64,000 bases of DNA from an uncultured virus (IMG/VR IMGVR_UViG_3300002162_000001) (IMGVR_UViG_3300002162_000001:1-64000), one strand, 5' to 3'. Counted from the stretch's first letter, positions 31,147 to 43,007 are shown. A program made the numbers and translations. Notes: generated by a model not told the origin, from the sequence alone.

Positions 31147-34100
31147 TTAGTTTGACGTTGTTTCTTTGTCTACATAGGCATCTTCTATAGCTTCGTCCAG
31201 GTCATCTATCGTAGAATAACTTGTAATCCACCACGCAAGCTCATCTGTGTTTTCAAATAAGGGTTTAATTTTTCCTTTTTTATCCGTGGTCTCTCCGACT
31301 TTTTTCATCTTAAACTTACGCTCCATTCCATGTATGTAGATGAATTGATTTTCTTGTAACGGTTCATTATTCCATGTTTTTTTACTTATTTTACATTGGC
31401 ACGTTTTACCATTATTAAGGCAGTAGGTTTCCATTACTGGAGAATATTTAGTATCTATACCGGATACTAGTACATATCTTTTGTCTAATCTGTCGTTTTT
31501 ATAGTCTATATATCCGAGTATTTCCTTTTGGAAGGATATTTTATCTTGCACTGATAGATTTTCTTCCCTGAGATTATCCCATATTTCGTGTAATGATTTA
31601 TCATAATCAAATTTAGTGTAAGTGGCTGCGGTAGGTGAACTGTTATTTTCTATGATCCTTGAAACATTAGGAAAAGTTATTTTCTCAGCTATAGTTTTTA
31701 TCTTAGGTGCTTTTTTAAGAAATAAAATATCGAAACATTTTATGAAGTTCAATATTTTATTTATTCCTCCAAACACATTAAAATAATCACACCTAACCAG
31801 TAAGTCTAGCTGTTTTGAATTGCATGACGTTTTATCTTTAATGTCCTTCAATAAATCATAAAATTCATCATACTTATTATCCTTTAGACCATATAAATCA
31901 TCAGCTACGGTGGAGTTTAAAAATTTAATACTTCCTATTCCTTTGTATATTGAATTGGTTTCTTTGTTGTAGAAATAGCCACCCTTTGAATATCCAAATC
32001 TTGGAGGCAACAAATTTATACCCCTACCTATGGTATACTCCATTATTCTTTTTGTTTTTGCCTCATCATCTGACCAAGCATTAAGACAACTTGATAAAAA
32101 TTCTAATGGATAGTAATATCTCAACCATCCCTGGCAATAACCCGTTATTGAATAAGGAACATTATGATTTTTTGAGAATCCGTATCCACTTGCTGACTGT
32201 ATATCTAACAGAAACGGCTCTATTATTTCTTTAGCTTTGTCCAAACTTATATTATGAACCCTGGGAGTATACTCTAAAAATCTCTCTCTTATCTCGGCTA
32301 ACATCGGTGTGGTATCACCCTTTTTAGCTATTGCTCTACGTACAAGATCACTTTCAGCATCAGAATACCCACAGAACTTAACAAGAAAGAGCATAATTTG
32401 TTCTTGTAGCAGTAGATAGTTAAGAGTTTCGTGTAATAACCCATTCAATTCTTCGATACCATTATCCTTCAATATGCCGTTGCAAGCATCATTTCTAAAA
32501 TTTTCACCGGCTGGCCTAATGGCTCCACATATAAACATGAATAACTCAAACATTGTTATATTGGGATTGCGGATCTTAATCTTTTCTATGACTTCCTTTC
32601 TTGTTATATCACCCAAATATTTATGTGCCATGTCAGACTCCATTTGAAATATAGCCGTAGTATTTTCAATTATACTGTCCCATACTTTATCGTCAAATAA
32701 ATCTATATTATCAGGGTTTAATCTCGGTATTCCGGCCAATTTACAAGTATCATTTATTATTCCTATTGAATCAAGACCAAGTACATCGAGCTTCACATAA
32801 CACAGCTTGTCGACCTCTTTCATATAAAGCATTGACACTGGATTTTTAGTTGTTGCCAATGTGCAAGTTCCCATGTATTTATCTAACGGTATGGGCGATA
32901 CTATTGTGCCACTTGGATGTGTACCTATAGAGACTATAGAGCCTTTTATAATATCAACATATCTGAATACTTCTGGATATTCCTTTCTCATTTTAGCTTC
33001 ATCAACTTCTATATTTTCACATATGTAATTAGATATGTTTAAATAGCTATTCTCGTTACATTGTTTTATTGCTTCGCTAGTACCGTCTGTTAATTTTCCG
33101 TAACCCTCCACATCTCTGTCGGCTTTTTCACTTAGCTCTTTTGGTATTTCTTTTTTATATAGAGCCTTGCATACATCTCTTACGGCTCCCCTATCGGCTA
33201 TGGTATTAAATGTTATTATATCTGCTGCATAGACTCCTTTTATATTAAATAAGTACTCTTTTACCCACTCTCTATCCTTTTTACAATAATCAACATCTAT
33301 ATCTGGCATGGATTGTCTGCTTGGGTTCATAAATCTAAAGAAATTTAAGTTAAGTCTAAGACTATCGCATTCAGTTATTCCTAATAGATAAGCTATTAAC
33401 GAACCATTAACACTCCCTCTGCCATATCCAGCTTGAATACCATGTTCTCTGGCATCTTCAAGTATCTTGGTTTGTAGTAGCATATAATCAATAGAGTTTA
33501 CGGCCTTATATACCTTAAATTCCTCATTCATTCTTTTTTTATAATCTTCATAATTACTTTTTTTATCTATTCCTCTATCAATTACTCCCTGGCGTATCTT
33601 TTCTATAAATACCTTTTCTGAATTTTCATATAGTTTAGGATATTTAGGCTCATAATCTAGTACATAACCCTCAACCATGTTTGCTAATACATTTGTGTTT
33701 TCTAGTGCTTCTTTCACTTCATCTAAAGGTATGTAATCATGTTTTTTATATATCTCTATCAATTCGTCATAAGTTTTTAAACTTAGATCCCAACCCTCTT
33801 CATTGTCAAAATATATACCCTTAGATTTCTGTAATATGCTCCTTCCCTCTAAATGTTCTTTGTTTAAAGCGTGAGTGTCTGTCCCAACTATAAGTCTTAT
33901 ATTATATTTTTTATGAAGTTCGTACAATTGTTTATTATAGGCCATTTGGCTATTTACCTGATGATGTTGAATTTCTAAAAAGCACCTATCCTTATGTTCT
34001 ATAAAATAATCTAAATATCTTTGTTTTAGTATTTCATCAGTACTCTTCGCTAAAACTCCACCTAAACAGGCACTTGTAACGGCAATATTACTTGACATAT

Positions 34101-34494
34101 TAAGAAACTCATCCATTGTTATCCTTGGTACATAGTAAAAATGACCATCTTCTCTACAATACGCCTTAGAAATCAACAAATTTAACTCATACATTCCCTC
34201 GGTATTTAAACTGTATAAACAGGTGTGGTAGTTGTCTCTTACTTTTTCATCAAGGGTAGCAGTTATATAGCACTCTATTCCATGAATATATTTAATCCCG
34301 TTTTCCTTGCAGACATCTAGTTTTTTCTCCCACATGAAAATATTGCCGTGTTCGCTAAACGCAATTGATTTCATATTCAATTCTTTAGCCCTTTCAATAT
34401 AACTGTTGAATTTAGTAACCGAATCTATGTTTGTGGTCGCTGAGGACAAATCCGAATGTAAGTGCAGTATGGTATAATTATCCAACCTGTTCAC
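31147..34494 (-). CDS. dnaE: DNA polymerase III alpha subunit (family C)
   Basis: PHP 'HLHS', 'GRGS', 'MPDIDVD', 'KLDVLGL', 'YGFSKNH'. Confidence 0.96.
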   Translation of the reverse strand: MNRLDNYTILHLHSDLSSATTNIDSVTKFNSYIERAKELNMKSIAFSEHGNIFMWEKKLDVCKENGIKYIHGIECYITATLDEKVRDNYHTCLYSLNTEGMYELNLLISKAYCREDGHFYYVPRITMDEFLNMSSNIAVTSACLGGVLAKSTDEILKQRYLDYFIEHKDRCFLEIQHHQVNSQMAYNKQLYELHKKYNIRLIVGTDTHALNKEHLEGRSILQKSKGIYFDNEEGWDLSLKTYDELIEIYKKHDYIPLDEVKEALENTNVLANMVEGYVLDYEPKYPKLYENSEKVFIEKIRQGVIDRGIDKKSNYEDYKKRMNEEFKVYKAVNSIDYMLLQTKILEDAREHGIQAGYGRGSVNGSLIAYLLGITECDSLRLNLNFFRFMNPSRQSMPDIDVDYCKKDREWVKEYLFNIKGVYAADIITFNTIADRGAVRDVCKALYKKEIPKELSEKADRDVEGYGKLTDGTSEAIKQCNENSYLNISNYICENIEVDEAKMRKEYPEVFRYVDIIKGSIVSIGTHPSGTIVSPIPLDKYMGTCTLATTKNPVSMLYMKEVDKLCYVKLDVLGLDSIGIINDTCKLAGIPRLNPDNIDLFDDKVWDSIIENTTAIFQMESDMAHKYLGDITRKEVIEKIKIRNPNITMFELFMFICGAIRPAGENFRNDACNGILKDNGIEELNGLLHETLNYLLLQEQIMLFLVKFCGYSDAESDLVRRAIAKKGDTTPMLAEIRERFLEYTPRVHNISLDKAKEIIEPFLLDIQSASGYGFSKNHNVPYSITGYCQGWLRYYYPLEFLSSCLNAWSDDEAKTKRIMEYTIGRGINLLPPRFGYSKGGYFYNKETNSIYKGIGSIKFLNSTVADDLYGLKDNKYDEFYDLLKDIKDKTSCNSKQLDLLVRCDYFNVFGGINKILNFIKCFDILFLKKAPKIKTIAEKITFPNVSRIIENNSSPTAATYTKFDYDKSLHEIWDNLREENLSVQDKISFQKEILGYIDYKNDRLDKRYVLVSGIDTKYSPVMETYCLNNGKTCQCKISKKTWNNEPLQENQFIYIHGMERKFKMKKVGETTDKKGKIKPLFENTDELAWWITSYSTIDDLDEAIEDAYVDKETTSN

Positions 34495-35602
34495 CCTCCC
34501 TTAATAGATTTAATAAAAACGATCCATCAGTTGTTTTATATTTATTGTAAATACGGTGCATAGTTTTGTAATTGGCATTATACTTTCTGCAAAAATCAGG
34601 GAGCGTTATATCTACTCCGTTATCATTTAGATAAACATATTTTTGTGGTTTAGATATATAATTTTCTGTAATTTTAGATTTAATAATGTCTAAATTATTA
34701 GGTATATTTTTTAAAATTATTTGGTCTATCACTCTACTAGATATTGCATCAAAGGTTATATATCTTATATCGCCCTTCTGGATACAGTTAATATTAAATT
34801 TTTTATATAGTATTCTTTTAATGTCATCAAATAAATCTTCCATTTCAGCTATACATAATTCCCAGTTTGAATGAGATCTATTAGCGTCATCTAACATCCA
34901 TATTGAAAATGAAAACTCATTCAAATTATTAAACAACTCTAAATTGGTCATATTTCTATATTTAATTAAGCAATTTTGAATTCTAGTACACAATCTGTAG
35001 CTTGGTTGACATTTATATCCCCTACCATTAAATTCCCTTACTGCTTCGGCAATATAACTCGGTTCCTTATTGCACACATCTTTTAAAATATCATATTTCC
35101 AGTATAGATACTCCTTTTGATCTTCTGCATGACCAACAATAAATAAAGGTTGCGTTGGTCTTTTATCAATATGCCCGTCTCCTAACAAAGAACCTACAAT
35201 CAAATCTTGCTGAATAATATTTAACTGTTTATTTTCGTGCCTGTACTCTTGATTAAGTCTATGGACTTCATTACACCACTTTTCTATAACTCTTTCGCTA
35301 CAGTTAGCCTCCTTGGCCATCTCTTTATGATTTAATCCCTCTGTAAAGAACTTTTTATAACACCAGTCATAATCTTGATATATTGCCTTAAAATTAATAT
35401 CAAATTTTCCAGGAATTATTTCTATACCGTTTTTATCTATAATCCCTTTAAGTGCAGCATATCCCATACCTATTTCTTTTGCTAATTTGTATAATGGGGT
35501 TGCTATTTGTAACCTAAATCTAAGAAAGTCTATAAAGCTTTCCTTGTAACTCCATTGCGATCTTCCGTTTATTTTATATATCATACTTTTATCAAATTCC
35601 AT
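34478..35602 (-). CDS. Free-standing LAGLIDADG homing endonuclease
   Basis: 'LIVGSLLGDGHI', 'QKEYLYWK', 'SIWMLDDA'. Confidence 0.85.
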   Translation of the reverse strand: MEFDKSMIYKINGRSQWSYKESFIDFLRFRLQIATPLYKLAKEIGMGYAALKGIIDKNGIEIIPGKFDINFKAIYQDYDWCYKKFFTEGLNHKEMAKEANCSERVIEKWCNEVHRLNQEYRHENKQLNIIQQDLIVGSLLGDGHIDKRPTQPLFIVGHAEDQKEYLYWKYDILKDVCNKEPSYIAEAVREFNGRGYKCQPSYRLCTRIQNCLIKYRNMTNLELFNNLNEFSFSIWMLDDANRSHSNWELCIAEMEDLFDDIKRILYKKFNINCIQKGDIRYITFDAISSRVIDQIILKNIPNNLDIIKSKITENYISKPQKYVYLNDNGVDITLPDFCRKYNANYKTMHRIYNKYKTTDGSFLLNLLREGEQVG

Positions 35603-35621
35603 ACTAATTCTCCCTACAATA

Positions 35622-36674
35622 CTATTTATTATCTAAGCTTTTGTACTCATATTCAAATTTACATTCTTCTATTAGTTGATTAAATACTTCTAAGCCATTA
35701 TCACTCGGGCTTTGTTTTTTACTTAGTAAATCTAAGGTATCTAAGATATAATAGATTTTAAGCATTCCACCGAACTTGCTGCATTCAATGAATATTTCCT
35801 CTTTGGCTACGTCCTTGTCAAAAATTATTACTAATGTTTTACCTAATTTCAGTAGCCTCTTAACTTGTACCGGACTTATAACTTTTTTATTAGTAGCTAC
35901 GCAATTATTAATACCGAAGCTATCCATCTGAAAAATACTCTTCTCTGCCTCAGTTACATAAAGCTCCTCATCAATTAATATATCAAAATAGTTTTCATAG
36001 AATCCAAATAAGTGATTGTTATTGAAACAAGGATAATATGAGATGAATTTAGGAACTCCATTAATCTTATAATCTCTTTCACAGGTTCTTCCTTTAAAAC
36101 TAAGTAATTGACCTTCTTCATTTCTGACTGGAAATACAACTCGATTATCTAATACATCATAGCTGACTCCAAACTTATTCTGTGTCTCAACACTGACCCC
36201 ATCTATTAAATATAACTCACAAGTTTCTCTTACAAATCTTCCAGTAAAGCTTTCATCTAAAATAATATCATCCTCGATATATTCCTCTTTTTTAATACTT
36301 CTTTTAAACTTTCTGAGAAAATCATACGAGCTGCTTCTAAGTTGTTTCTTCCTATCTCCACCTGTATATTTGATTCCACACGCTTTACATACAATCTCTA
36401 TTGCTTCACTCAACGTATTCTCTTTGATATATTGAATTAATGTGAAAATGTCCTTTATTTCAGGCTCATAATCATTTTTAGAACGAACTTGACAGGACAA
36501 ATTATCGTTTAAAGAAACTTGGACACTTGAAATATTATCATGAGGATAAGGTAAGGCAGACTGAACTCTTTTATTATTTATTATTTTTATGTGGTGACAT
36601 CCTATTTCCTCAAGGATAGTTACTATTAACTCAGGGTCACTGTTTAATTGTGCTTTTATAAGTTGTAAATCCAA
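35622..36674 (-). CDS. dnaG: DNA primase (TOPRIM)
   Basis: 'RVVFPV', 'FKGR', 'PKF', 'VTEAEKS', 'FDKD'; next to helicase. Confidence 0.85.
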   Translation of the reverse strand: MDLQLIKAQLNSDPELIVTILEEIGCHHIKIINNKRVQSALPYPHDNISSVQVSLNDNLSCQVRSKNDYEPEIKDIFTLIQYIKENTLSEAIEIVCKACGIKYTGGDRKKQLRSSSYDFLRKFKRSIKKEEYIEDDIILDESFTGRFVRETCELYLIDGVSVETQNKFGVSYDVLDNRVVFPVRNEEGQLLSFKGRTCERDYKINGVPKFISYYPCFNNNHLFGFYENYFDILIDEELYVTEAEKSIFQMDSFGINNCVATNKKVISPVQVKRLLKLGKTLVIIFDKDVAKEEIFIECSKFGGMLKIYYILDTLDLLSKKQSPSDNGLEVFNQLIEECKFEYEYKSLDNK

Positions 36675-36698
36675 TCTGCTTACCTCCTACAATATTAT

Positions 36699-38093
36699 TT
36701 AGTATGGCATACCTTCGTCCTCTGTTTTAAACTTATCAGCTTGGTCAATCGTAGCCGTATCTCCATTAAATGAAAAATTAAGGTATTCACCTTCTTCCAT
36801 TTCTCCTCCATTTCTATTATAATCAATGAAGAGTTTGCAATTACCAGCATCTTTACCGTCTTTGACCATTTCCTCTTTTGTTTTATGAATCCAATAAGCT
36901 ATAGTAGAAGCATATCTATTTATTTTATCTGAATCTGCTAATCTTGTTTCCTTTGGAGCCATCTGTCCACCTGCTATAACAGCTATATCTAATGCACCAG
37001 CTATCCTATTCTTTAAAAAGTTTGTCATATCACCTAAAACATTATGCTCTTTAACATCTTTCCCTCCGGTATCATCAACCTTAATATAATCATATATTAA
37101 GAATCTCAAATTCATAGATTGCTTTAGTTGTTTTGCCTTCATATAGGTTTTATCTTTAGTCCACTCTGGATCATAAATGTGTACTAAAGGTTTTTCTTTC
37201 AACCACTCTTTTGCTTCTAATATAAGTTTTTCTTCCTTTAGCGTGTAATCTCCATTTTTTACTTTGTGAATATCTACTCCAGATTTTAATGCTAGAAACC
37301 TGGTCATCCATAGAGTATCTTTCATTTCTGTATCAAATATTGCAGTAGGGACTCCATTATCAACCTTATGAATAGCCTCATTTAAGAAAAACATACTCTT
37401 ACCGGCTTTAGGTCTACCACCAATTACTACAAGTTCACTGTCTTCATAGGTGAAATATTCGTTAAGGTCTTTATATTTACTAGGCAATCCTGAGAATCCA
37501 GCATCATTTCTTTTACCTTTTATTTCGTCCCATAATTCATCTGCCTTTTCTCCCATAGTTTTAATGTCTGTGTCCACAATATAATTATCAGCAAAATTAG
37601 TTATGTCTGTTTGTAGTTTATAGTTTGTCTCGTTAATATCTTCTCCGCTTTCAAGTACGGCATTTGCCATCTCTCTTAGTTTGATATAAGTATCTCTTTT
37701 AAAGGCATTTGCTAATATCTTCCTTGATATTAATTCATAACTTTCCACATCTATCCTAGCTACTAATTTAAGATCATCCAGCCAGCCACATAAGTCTTTA
37801 GATATATCCTGATATTCATTAATAACACTTTTGAATGCAGCACTACCTTCTATCTCAGCCATAATTAAAAAATTGTCTATCTCGGTAATTCCTTTATCAG
37901 CAAGAGTTTTAATTATATGATATACACAAGCAAACTCTCTATTGTAAAATTGATTAGGTTTTAAGAATTCACTTTTATATACAAACTCTGGATGCATAAG
38001 TAAAGTACCTATTACTCCTGTTTCGGAAATTGTATCTTTGGGAAGTTCAATAGAATGTAATTTTTCAAATTTTTTGATTGAATCTATTTTCAT
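36699..38093 (-). CDS. dnaB: DnaB-like replicative helicase
   Basis: 'GGRPKAGKS', 'FDTEM', 'LIYDYI', 'YNRNG'. Confidence 0.93.
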   Translation of the reverse strand: MKIDSIKKFEKLHSIELPKDTISETGVIGTLLMHPEFVYKSEFLKPNQFYNREFACVYHIIKTLADKGITEIDNFLIMAEIEGSAAFKSVINEYQDISKDLCGWLDDLKLVARIDVESYELISRKILANAFKRDTYIKLREMANAVLESGEDINETNYKLQTDITNFADNYIVDTDIKTMGEKADELWDEIKGKRNDAGFSGLPSKYKDLNEYFTYEDSELVVIGGRPKAGKSMFFLNEAIHKVDNGVPTAIFDTEMKDTLWMTRFLALKSGVDIHKVKNGDYTLKEEKLILEAKEWLKEKPLVHIYDPEWTKDKTYMKAKQLKQSMNLRFLIYDYIKVDDTGGKDVKEHNVLGDMTNFLKNRIAGALDIAVIAGGQMAPKETRLADSDKINRYASTIAYWIHKTKEEMVKDGKDAGNCKLFIDYNRNGGEMEEGEYLNFSFNGDTATIDQADKFKTEDEGMPY

Positions 38094-38103
38094 ATTTCAC
38101 ACC

Positions 38104-38547
38104 TCATATTAAGTCATTCCATTTTTTATTAGGTTTATATGTGAATTTAAGTTTATCCTCATTATTAGGTTGAATCATCTCATTTTTTAAACTCTGATAT
38201 TCAATATTTGTTTTTATAGCCTTCCACTCCGTAATATATCTACCTTCAGCACAGTAATAAGCTAATCCGTAAGGATTATTAATTTTCAAGCCATTAATAT
38301 GTACCTTTTTTTCAATGAATAATACATATTCTGCTTCATAATTGTCAACATAGAGGAATTTGTTAATTGCTTTTCTTAACAAAGCTATTACTGTAGTAGG
38401 GAAATTTTCAATATAATACTTTTCTATTTCTTGCTTAGTTGTCTTTTCTTTGAAACAATCTTTGTGAAAATAAGAACCACCTTCCTTAATTGCATCTTCT
38501 TTTTCTACCGAGAAATTATGTTTACAATGACTATATCTGCATTTCAA
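38104..38547 (-). CDS. Zinc-finger replication accessory protein (possible helicase loader)
   Basis: 'CRYSHC...FHKDC' directly upstream of dnaB. Confidence 0.5.
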   Translation of the reverse strand: MKCRYSHCKHNFSVEKEDAIKEGGSYFHKDCFKEKTTKQEIEKYYIENFPTTVIALLRKAINKFLYVDNYEAEYVLFIEKKVHINGLKINNPYGLAYYCAEGRYITEWKAIKTNIEYQSLKNEMIQPNNEDKLKFTYKPNKKWNDLI

Positions 38548-38601
38548 CTATATCTCCTCCTTTTGAAGAAAAGCTCAAACAGTTAAGCTTGAGCTATATT
38601 A

Positions 38602-39654
38602 TTATATTTGTTGTAATGCGTTCAATACATTTGTTGCAATTGCTATATCTGTTATATTAAGAGGATTTCCGTCTCCCTTAGTTTCTTTTTTAATAGTTTC
38701 AACTACAAGAGTTTTCTTCTTCTCTGTTACTAATTTCTGACATAAAGCTATTGCTTCATCTAATATTTCCTTCAATGTTTTTACAGGAGGAATTGGATCT
38801 GCTACTTTAGCTGGAGGAGTTGGCAGTTCCTTTTGAGCTTTAGTTTTACTTTCTTTTGCAGCTACAATTTTTTGTACTTCTTCTTTTTCTTTCATAGCAA
38901 TCATTGCTTGGCCTTCTTCTTTTGCCTTTTCTAACTTACTATATTTTTCATCTAAATCTCCGTCATTAGCCCATTTGATAATATTAACTCCATCTTTTTC
39001 TTGTATCATGTTTCCACCATATTCAAATAAATCTGTATTATCTTTCATAGAAGTATAAGAATGTGTTGTCATATCTATATTTAATGAAACAGTCATAATA
39101 TACTCTATTCCGTCTCTCTGAATTAAATCTACGCCTTTCTTTACTGGTACTTGTTTACCATTCTGTTCTTCTAAAACGTACTTTTCTTTTGATCTACAGC
39201 ACACTATAAAGTGGGCGTCTGTCTGAAGTATTTTATCTAAGAACTTCTCATGTCTTGGTGTAATTTTTGCGAAATTCGTAAAACTATTACCACTCATTTT
39301 GCTATGAACATCAAGCAAATATGACCATTCTAATGAAGTAGTATCAATAACAATTATCTTAAATCCTTCTGTTAGTGCATCATTAATTGCATCAATATAA
39401 TCCTCTGGTGAGAAACTATCTAATTCTAAAATATCATAATCAAATTTCTTAGCATAATAACAGCTTCTTCTGTTCTCTGTATCTATATAACAAATTCTTT
39501 CATCTTTTCCATTTAATTTAGATAATTCAGATGCCATACCCGTTGCCATTCTTAGTGCTCCAAAAGTTTTTCCTGAACCTGAGCATCCTCCTAATAATAC
39601 TTTTGTATAAATGGCCTCACGTTTTGCTTTTTTAATTCTACTCATAATACACAT
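38602..39654 (-). CDS. Sak4-like AAA ATPase/ssDNA annealing protein
   Basis: 'GCSGSGKT', 'IDTE', 'VIDT'; next to SSB. Confidence 0.8.
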   Translation of the reverse strand: MCIMSRIKKAKREAIYTKVLLGGCSGSGKTFGALRMATGMASELSKLNGKDERICYIDTENRRSCYYAKKFDYDILELDSFSPEDYIDAINDALTEGFKIIVIDTTSLEWSYLLDVHSKMSGNSFTNFAKITPRHEKFLDKILQTDAHFIVCCRSKEKYVLEEQNGKQVPVKKGVDLIQRDGIEYIMTVSLNIDMTTHSYTSMKDNTDLFEYGGNMIQEKDGVNIIKWANDGDLDEKYSKLEKAKEEGQAMIAMKEKEEVQKIVAAKESKTKAQKELPTPPAKVADPIPPVKTLKEILDEAIALCQKLVTEKKKTLVVETIKKETKGDGNPLNITDIAIATNVLNALQQI

Positions 39655-39728
39655 TTCTCCTTTAATTTATATCCTCTAGTTTTTAGAGAACTAGGAAACT
39701 CTATAATACTATTTATTATGTGTTTGTA

Positions 39729-40604
39729 CTAAAATGGAAGATCTTCTTCTACAATATCTGTCGAAGGTTTATGAGCATCTGTTGGAGTCTTAGCTGCTGG
39801 AGTTTCTTTCTTTGATGCAGTTGCTCCAACTTTATCTAAAGCCGCATTGATTTCCTCTCTTGTGTACTTAGCTTTTTCGTCTTTATCTAAATCAACGTCT
39901 GTAACTTCTAAAAATTCAGTATAAGGATTATCCTTATCTATTACTCTCTTACCATCTTGAACAGATTTACCTTTTAATGTTTTTCTTTCGGTAGTAGCAG
40001 CACCCTCGACATAATTAGGTTTTCTATTAACAGAAATTGCTAGTTTCATTAAATCTCCTACCTTTGCATTTTCAACGAAGTAAGCATTAATATCTGGATC
40101 ATCCAATTTCAAAGTTTGTTCTAATAATTCTCCTTTGAATGTAGCAACACCCACTTTTACTTCTTTGTTTTCAGGTCTTTCCATTACTATAACAAATTGA
40201 TTTAACTCATTATACTCTTCAAAAGTTGGACTATCAAAATCAATGGCCTCTTTTTCTATATAAATCTGATTTACTAAGAAGTTTATTTTCTTGTTATAAG
40301 TGTCTATCTCAGCTCTTAGGTTTACAAATACACTATCTCCATCTTTAAAAGCTTCTTTAATTTTATCTATTCCTTCTTGCTCACCAAAAGTTTCTACTGC
40401 TGTCATATCGGAACCTTTAACTTTTATACTAAGAGGAGTATTTTTCCATTCTCCAACCTGTAAGAACAAAGAATTTTCTTTTGATGTTTGAAGTCCAAAG
40501 CTTAATAATCTCTTAGTATTTCCAAACTCTTTTGGTTCTTTATTATTCAAAGACCAGATTTTTCCTTTAAGTCCTAAATATCCTTTAGTTTCTTGTACTT
40601 CCAT
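39729..40604 (-). CDS. Single-stranded DNA-binding protein
   Basis: Acidic C-terminal tail 'EEDLPF'; replication-module context. Confidence 0.7.
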   Translation of the reverse strand: MEVQETKGYLGLKGKIWSLNNKEPKEFGNTKRLLSFGLQTSKENSLFLQVGEWKNTPLSIKVKGSDMTAVETFGEQEGIDKIKEAFKDGDSVFVNLRAEIDTYNKKINFLVNQIYIEKEAIDFDSPTFEEYNELNQFVIVMERPENKEVKVGVATFKGELLEQTLKLDDPDINAYFVENAKVGDLMKLAISVNRKPNYVEGAATTERKTLKGKSVQDGKRVIDKDNPYTEFLEVTDVDLDKDEKAKYTREEINAALDKVGATASKKETPAAKTPTDAHKPSTDIVEEDLPF

Positions 40605-40784
40605 AAATTTAATCTCCTTCTGAGTTGATCTCCATCAGCGATTAGTTGCCAACTGTATTTATGTTAACCTTTAATGGAATACTATTTATTATAGAATAGT
40701 TAATTAATTGGAGGATGTCGTCCCCTCATGCTGTTTCTAATCATTTAACCAACTCCTTTGCTCCTTAATTTGCCTTGCTCATTT

Positions 40785-40813
40785 ATAATAACACAATACT
40801 ATTTATTATACAA
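40785..40813 (-). promoter_or_regulatory. SigmaA promoter with motif A as spacer (replication operon)
   Basis: TTGTAT-aataaatagtattgtgt-TATTAT. Confidence 0.8.
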
Positions 40814-40822
40814 GTAAAAGTT

Positions 40823-42428
40823 TTAAATAATGTAATCTTCTTCTACGAACTCTATTTCATCTCCATACATCTGAATAAAATCAGCAACACCTTCAATGTA
40901 ATCCTTTGATCTTATAAATCCTGCTATGTTATGTTTTGAGTAGTTTAATACATCCTCACAGGCTCCTAATTCGTCAACTGATATATTAGGTATATTTCTA
41001 ATTTCCTCAATAGAATATAAGTCTGTAATCTCTCCTTTTCTACTTTCGTTTACACTGGATTCAATTAATAGTTTGACTTTCTTCATATAAATCTCCTTTC
41101 AGCTGTTCGGTAATCCGGATGAGTCATTTATATCTAATAGAAATTACATTTTATAATGCTACCATACTGTAGTTTCTATATTTAAATTATCTAAGATACC
41201 TCTATCTGTTATTAAAAATTCTAAATAATCTTTTGGAAGTAGCACATCGACTTTTTCATAATTATCCATACTGTCACTATCACTTAACAGTATTTCACCA
41301 TCAATATTAAATCCTTTTAATTTTATAACTTCCGATCCATCTATTTTTGTAATTCCCATAATTTATAATTCCTCCTCTAATATTATTTAATCTTCCTTTT
41401 CAAATTCATCTACAAAATCAAATTCTTTGTCACAATTAGGACATTTACAATCATATATTTCCGTATAAAATTCGTCTGTGTCATACTCTTCTTTAGGCTC
41501 GAATACTTTAAATATATTACGTGTTTTACAATAAGGACATACTTCTGATGTGGTGGTGGAGCTTCCAAAATTATTTTTTGGATTTGTATTGTTTATTGAA
41601 TATATAGTATGAATCTTTTGACAAAATTCATCCTCAAATGGTGTTATAGTAATCATAATTTCCTCCTTTCATAATATTATTTAATTAATTTGGGATTGTA
41701 ACTTCAATATTTTTATGTTCACTATTTATAAAATCTGCAAGTATGGACATTGGAATAAATACAGACTTCTTATCAATTTCTATTGTTAAGCTATCTCTTC
41801 CTTCTCCATCTTTAGATTTAGTCATTTTAAATGTTACATCTTTCATATCTGTCTTCTCCCTCTCTTTGTTAATGGTTCTCCAGCATACCATCTTGGATTT
41901 GTACATTCAGCTCTTATCCATTTCGATACACCTAATTCTCTAACTTCTCTTTGAAAATCCTTTACTTCAGCCCTATTATGGTCTGGCCATTCCAAGAGCA
42001 TTGATAATGAATCTAATGCTCTACCTTCTGTTCCAAAATAGCAGTCGTAATTAGTCATTTTTCTCCTTTCATATAAAAACTAAATTTTATATTACAATAT
42101 TATTGATTTTGAATTAACTTTTCTCAATTTACATATTAGAAATTAGGAGCCTAGATTTATTCATTAGAAAAATACACTTCTCTAAAACTCCTGGAACAAT
42201 TTAGAACATCGTTGATTCATCCAACACCATAAGACCATCCTGGAAATGTAATTTAGTTATACAACAACTTCCAATTTCTTCCGGTAAAATACTTGCAGCT
42301 ACTATAAATTCACCCTTTTCCCTATCTATCTCATTACAAATCTCATAATACCTTGCCTTTTTGCTAAATCTTAGTTTTTTAAAAATGGAATCGTGATCCT
42401 CTGCTTCACTTAAAAATAGTTTAATCAT
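40823..42428 (-). other. Small hypothetical genes (40823-41086, 41159-41359, 41387-41656, 41685-41846, 41843-42058, 42201-42428)
   Basis: Co-oriented ORFs with RBSs; 41387-41656 has two CxxC motifs. Confidence 0.6.
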
Positions 42429-42644
42429 AAATAAATTTCCTCCTTGGATATATTTTTTTATTACTTCCTTGTATATTTATTATCTTCCTACTATAAAAAT
42501 AATCAAGAACTATTTTACGCACTCTTGTTCCCTTTAAGAGAACTTTACTATTAAACCGTATCATAATTACAATTTGTCAGAATTTACATATGTCTAATTG
42601 TCATATTATGAGTTATAATGTAGAAAAAAGGAGAATGATAACTC

Positions 42645-42857
42645 ATGAGTTTTAAAGAATATCGTCTACGTGCTGGACTTACTCAAAAAGAATTAGCAGA
42701 TAAATTAGGTGTGAGTAAATCTCATATATCAGAAATTGAAAATCATAAAGCTTTTTTATCTGTTGAGTTATTATTTCACTTAGCTTCTATACTTCGTGTT
42801 AAACCTTGTATTTTACTAGGATATGATTGCAATTTATTCACTAATGATACTATTTAA
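42645..42857 (+). CDS. XRE-family HTH regulator
   Basis: 'RLRAGLTQKELADKLGVSKSHISEIEN'; TG-extended TATAAT upstream. Confidence 0.9.
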   Translation: MSFKEYRLRAGLTQKELADKLGVSKSHISEIENHKAFLSVELLFHLASILRVKPCILLGYDCNLFTNDTI

Positions 42858-43007
42858 CTATTCCAAATCATGTATCTCCTTCGGCACCTTTTGCAAATTC
42901 CAAGTTTTCCTCTGACACTAACTTCAATATCAGAGTCGCTACATTTGTGAAGGGTGTGAAGAAGATAATATAAAAATTGTTTCATACTATCTCTCCTTTG
43001 CACAATA

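Noticed and set aside
31147..34494. Intein or group I intron in dnaE (also checked nrdD and dnaB)
   Set aside because: The ORFs are continuous and of normal length, with no recognisable C/S...HN splice motifs
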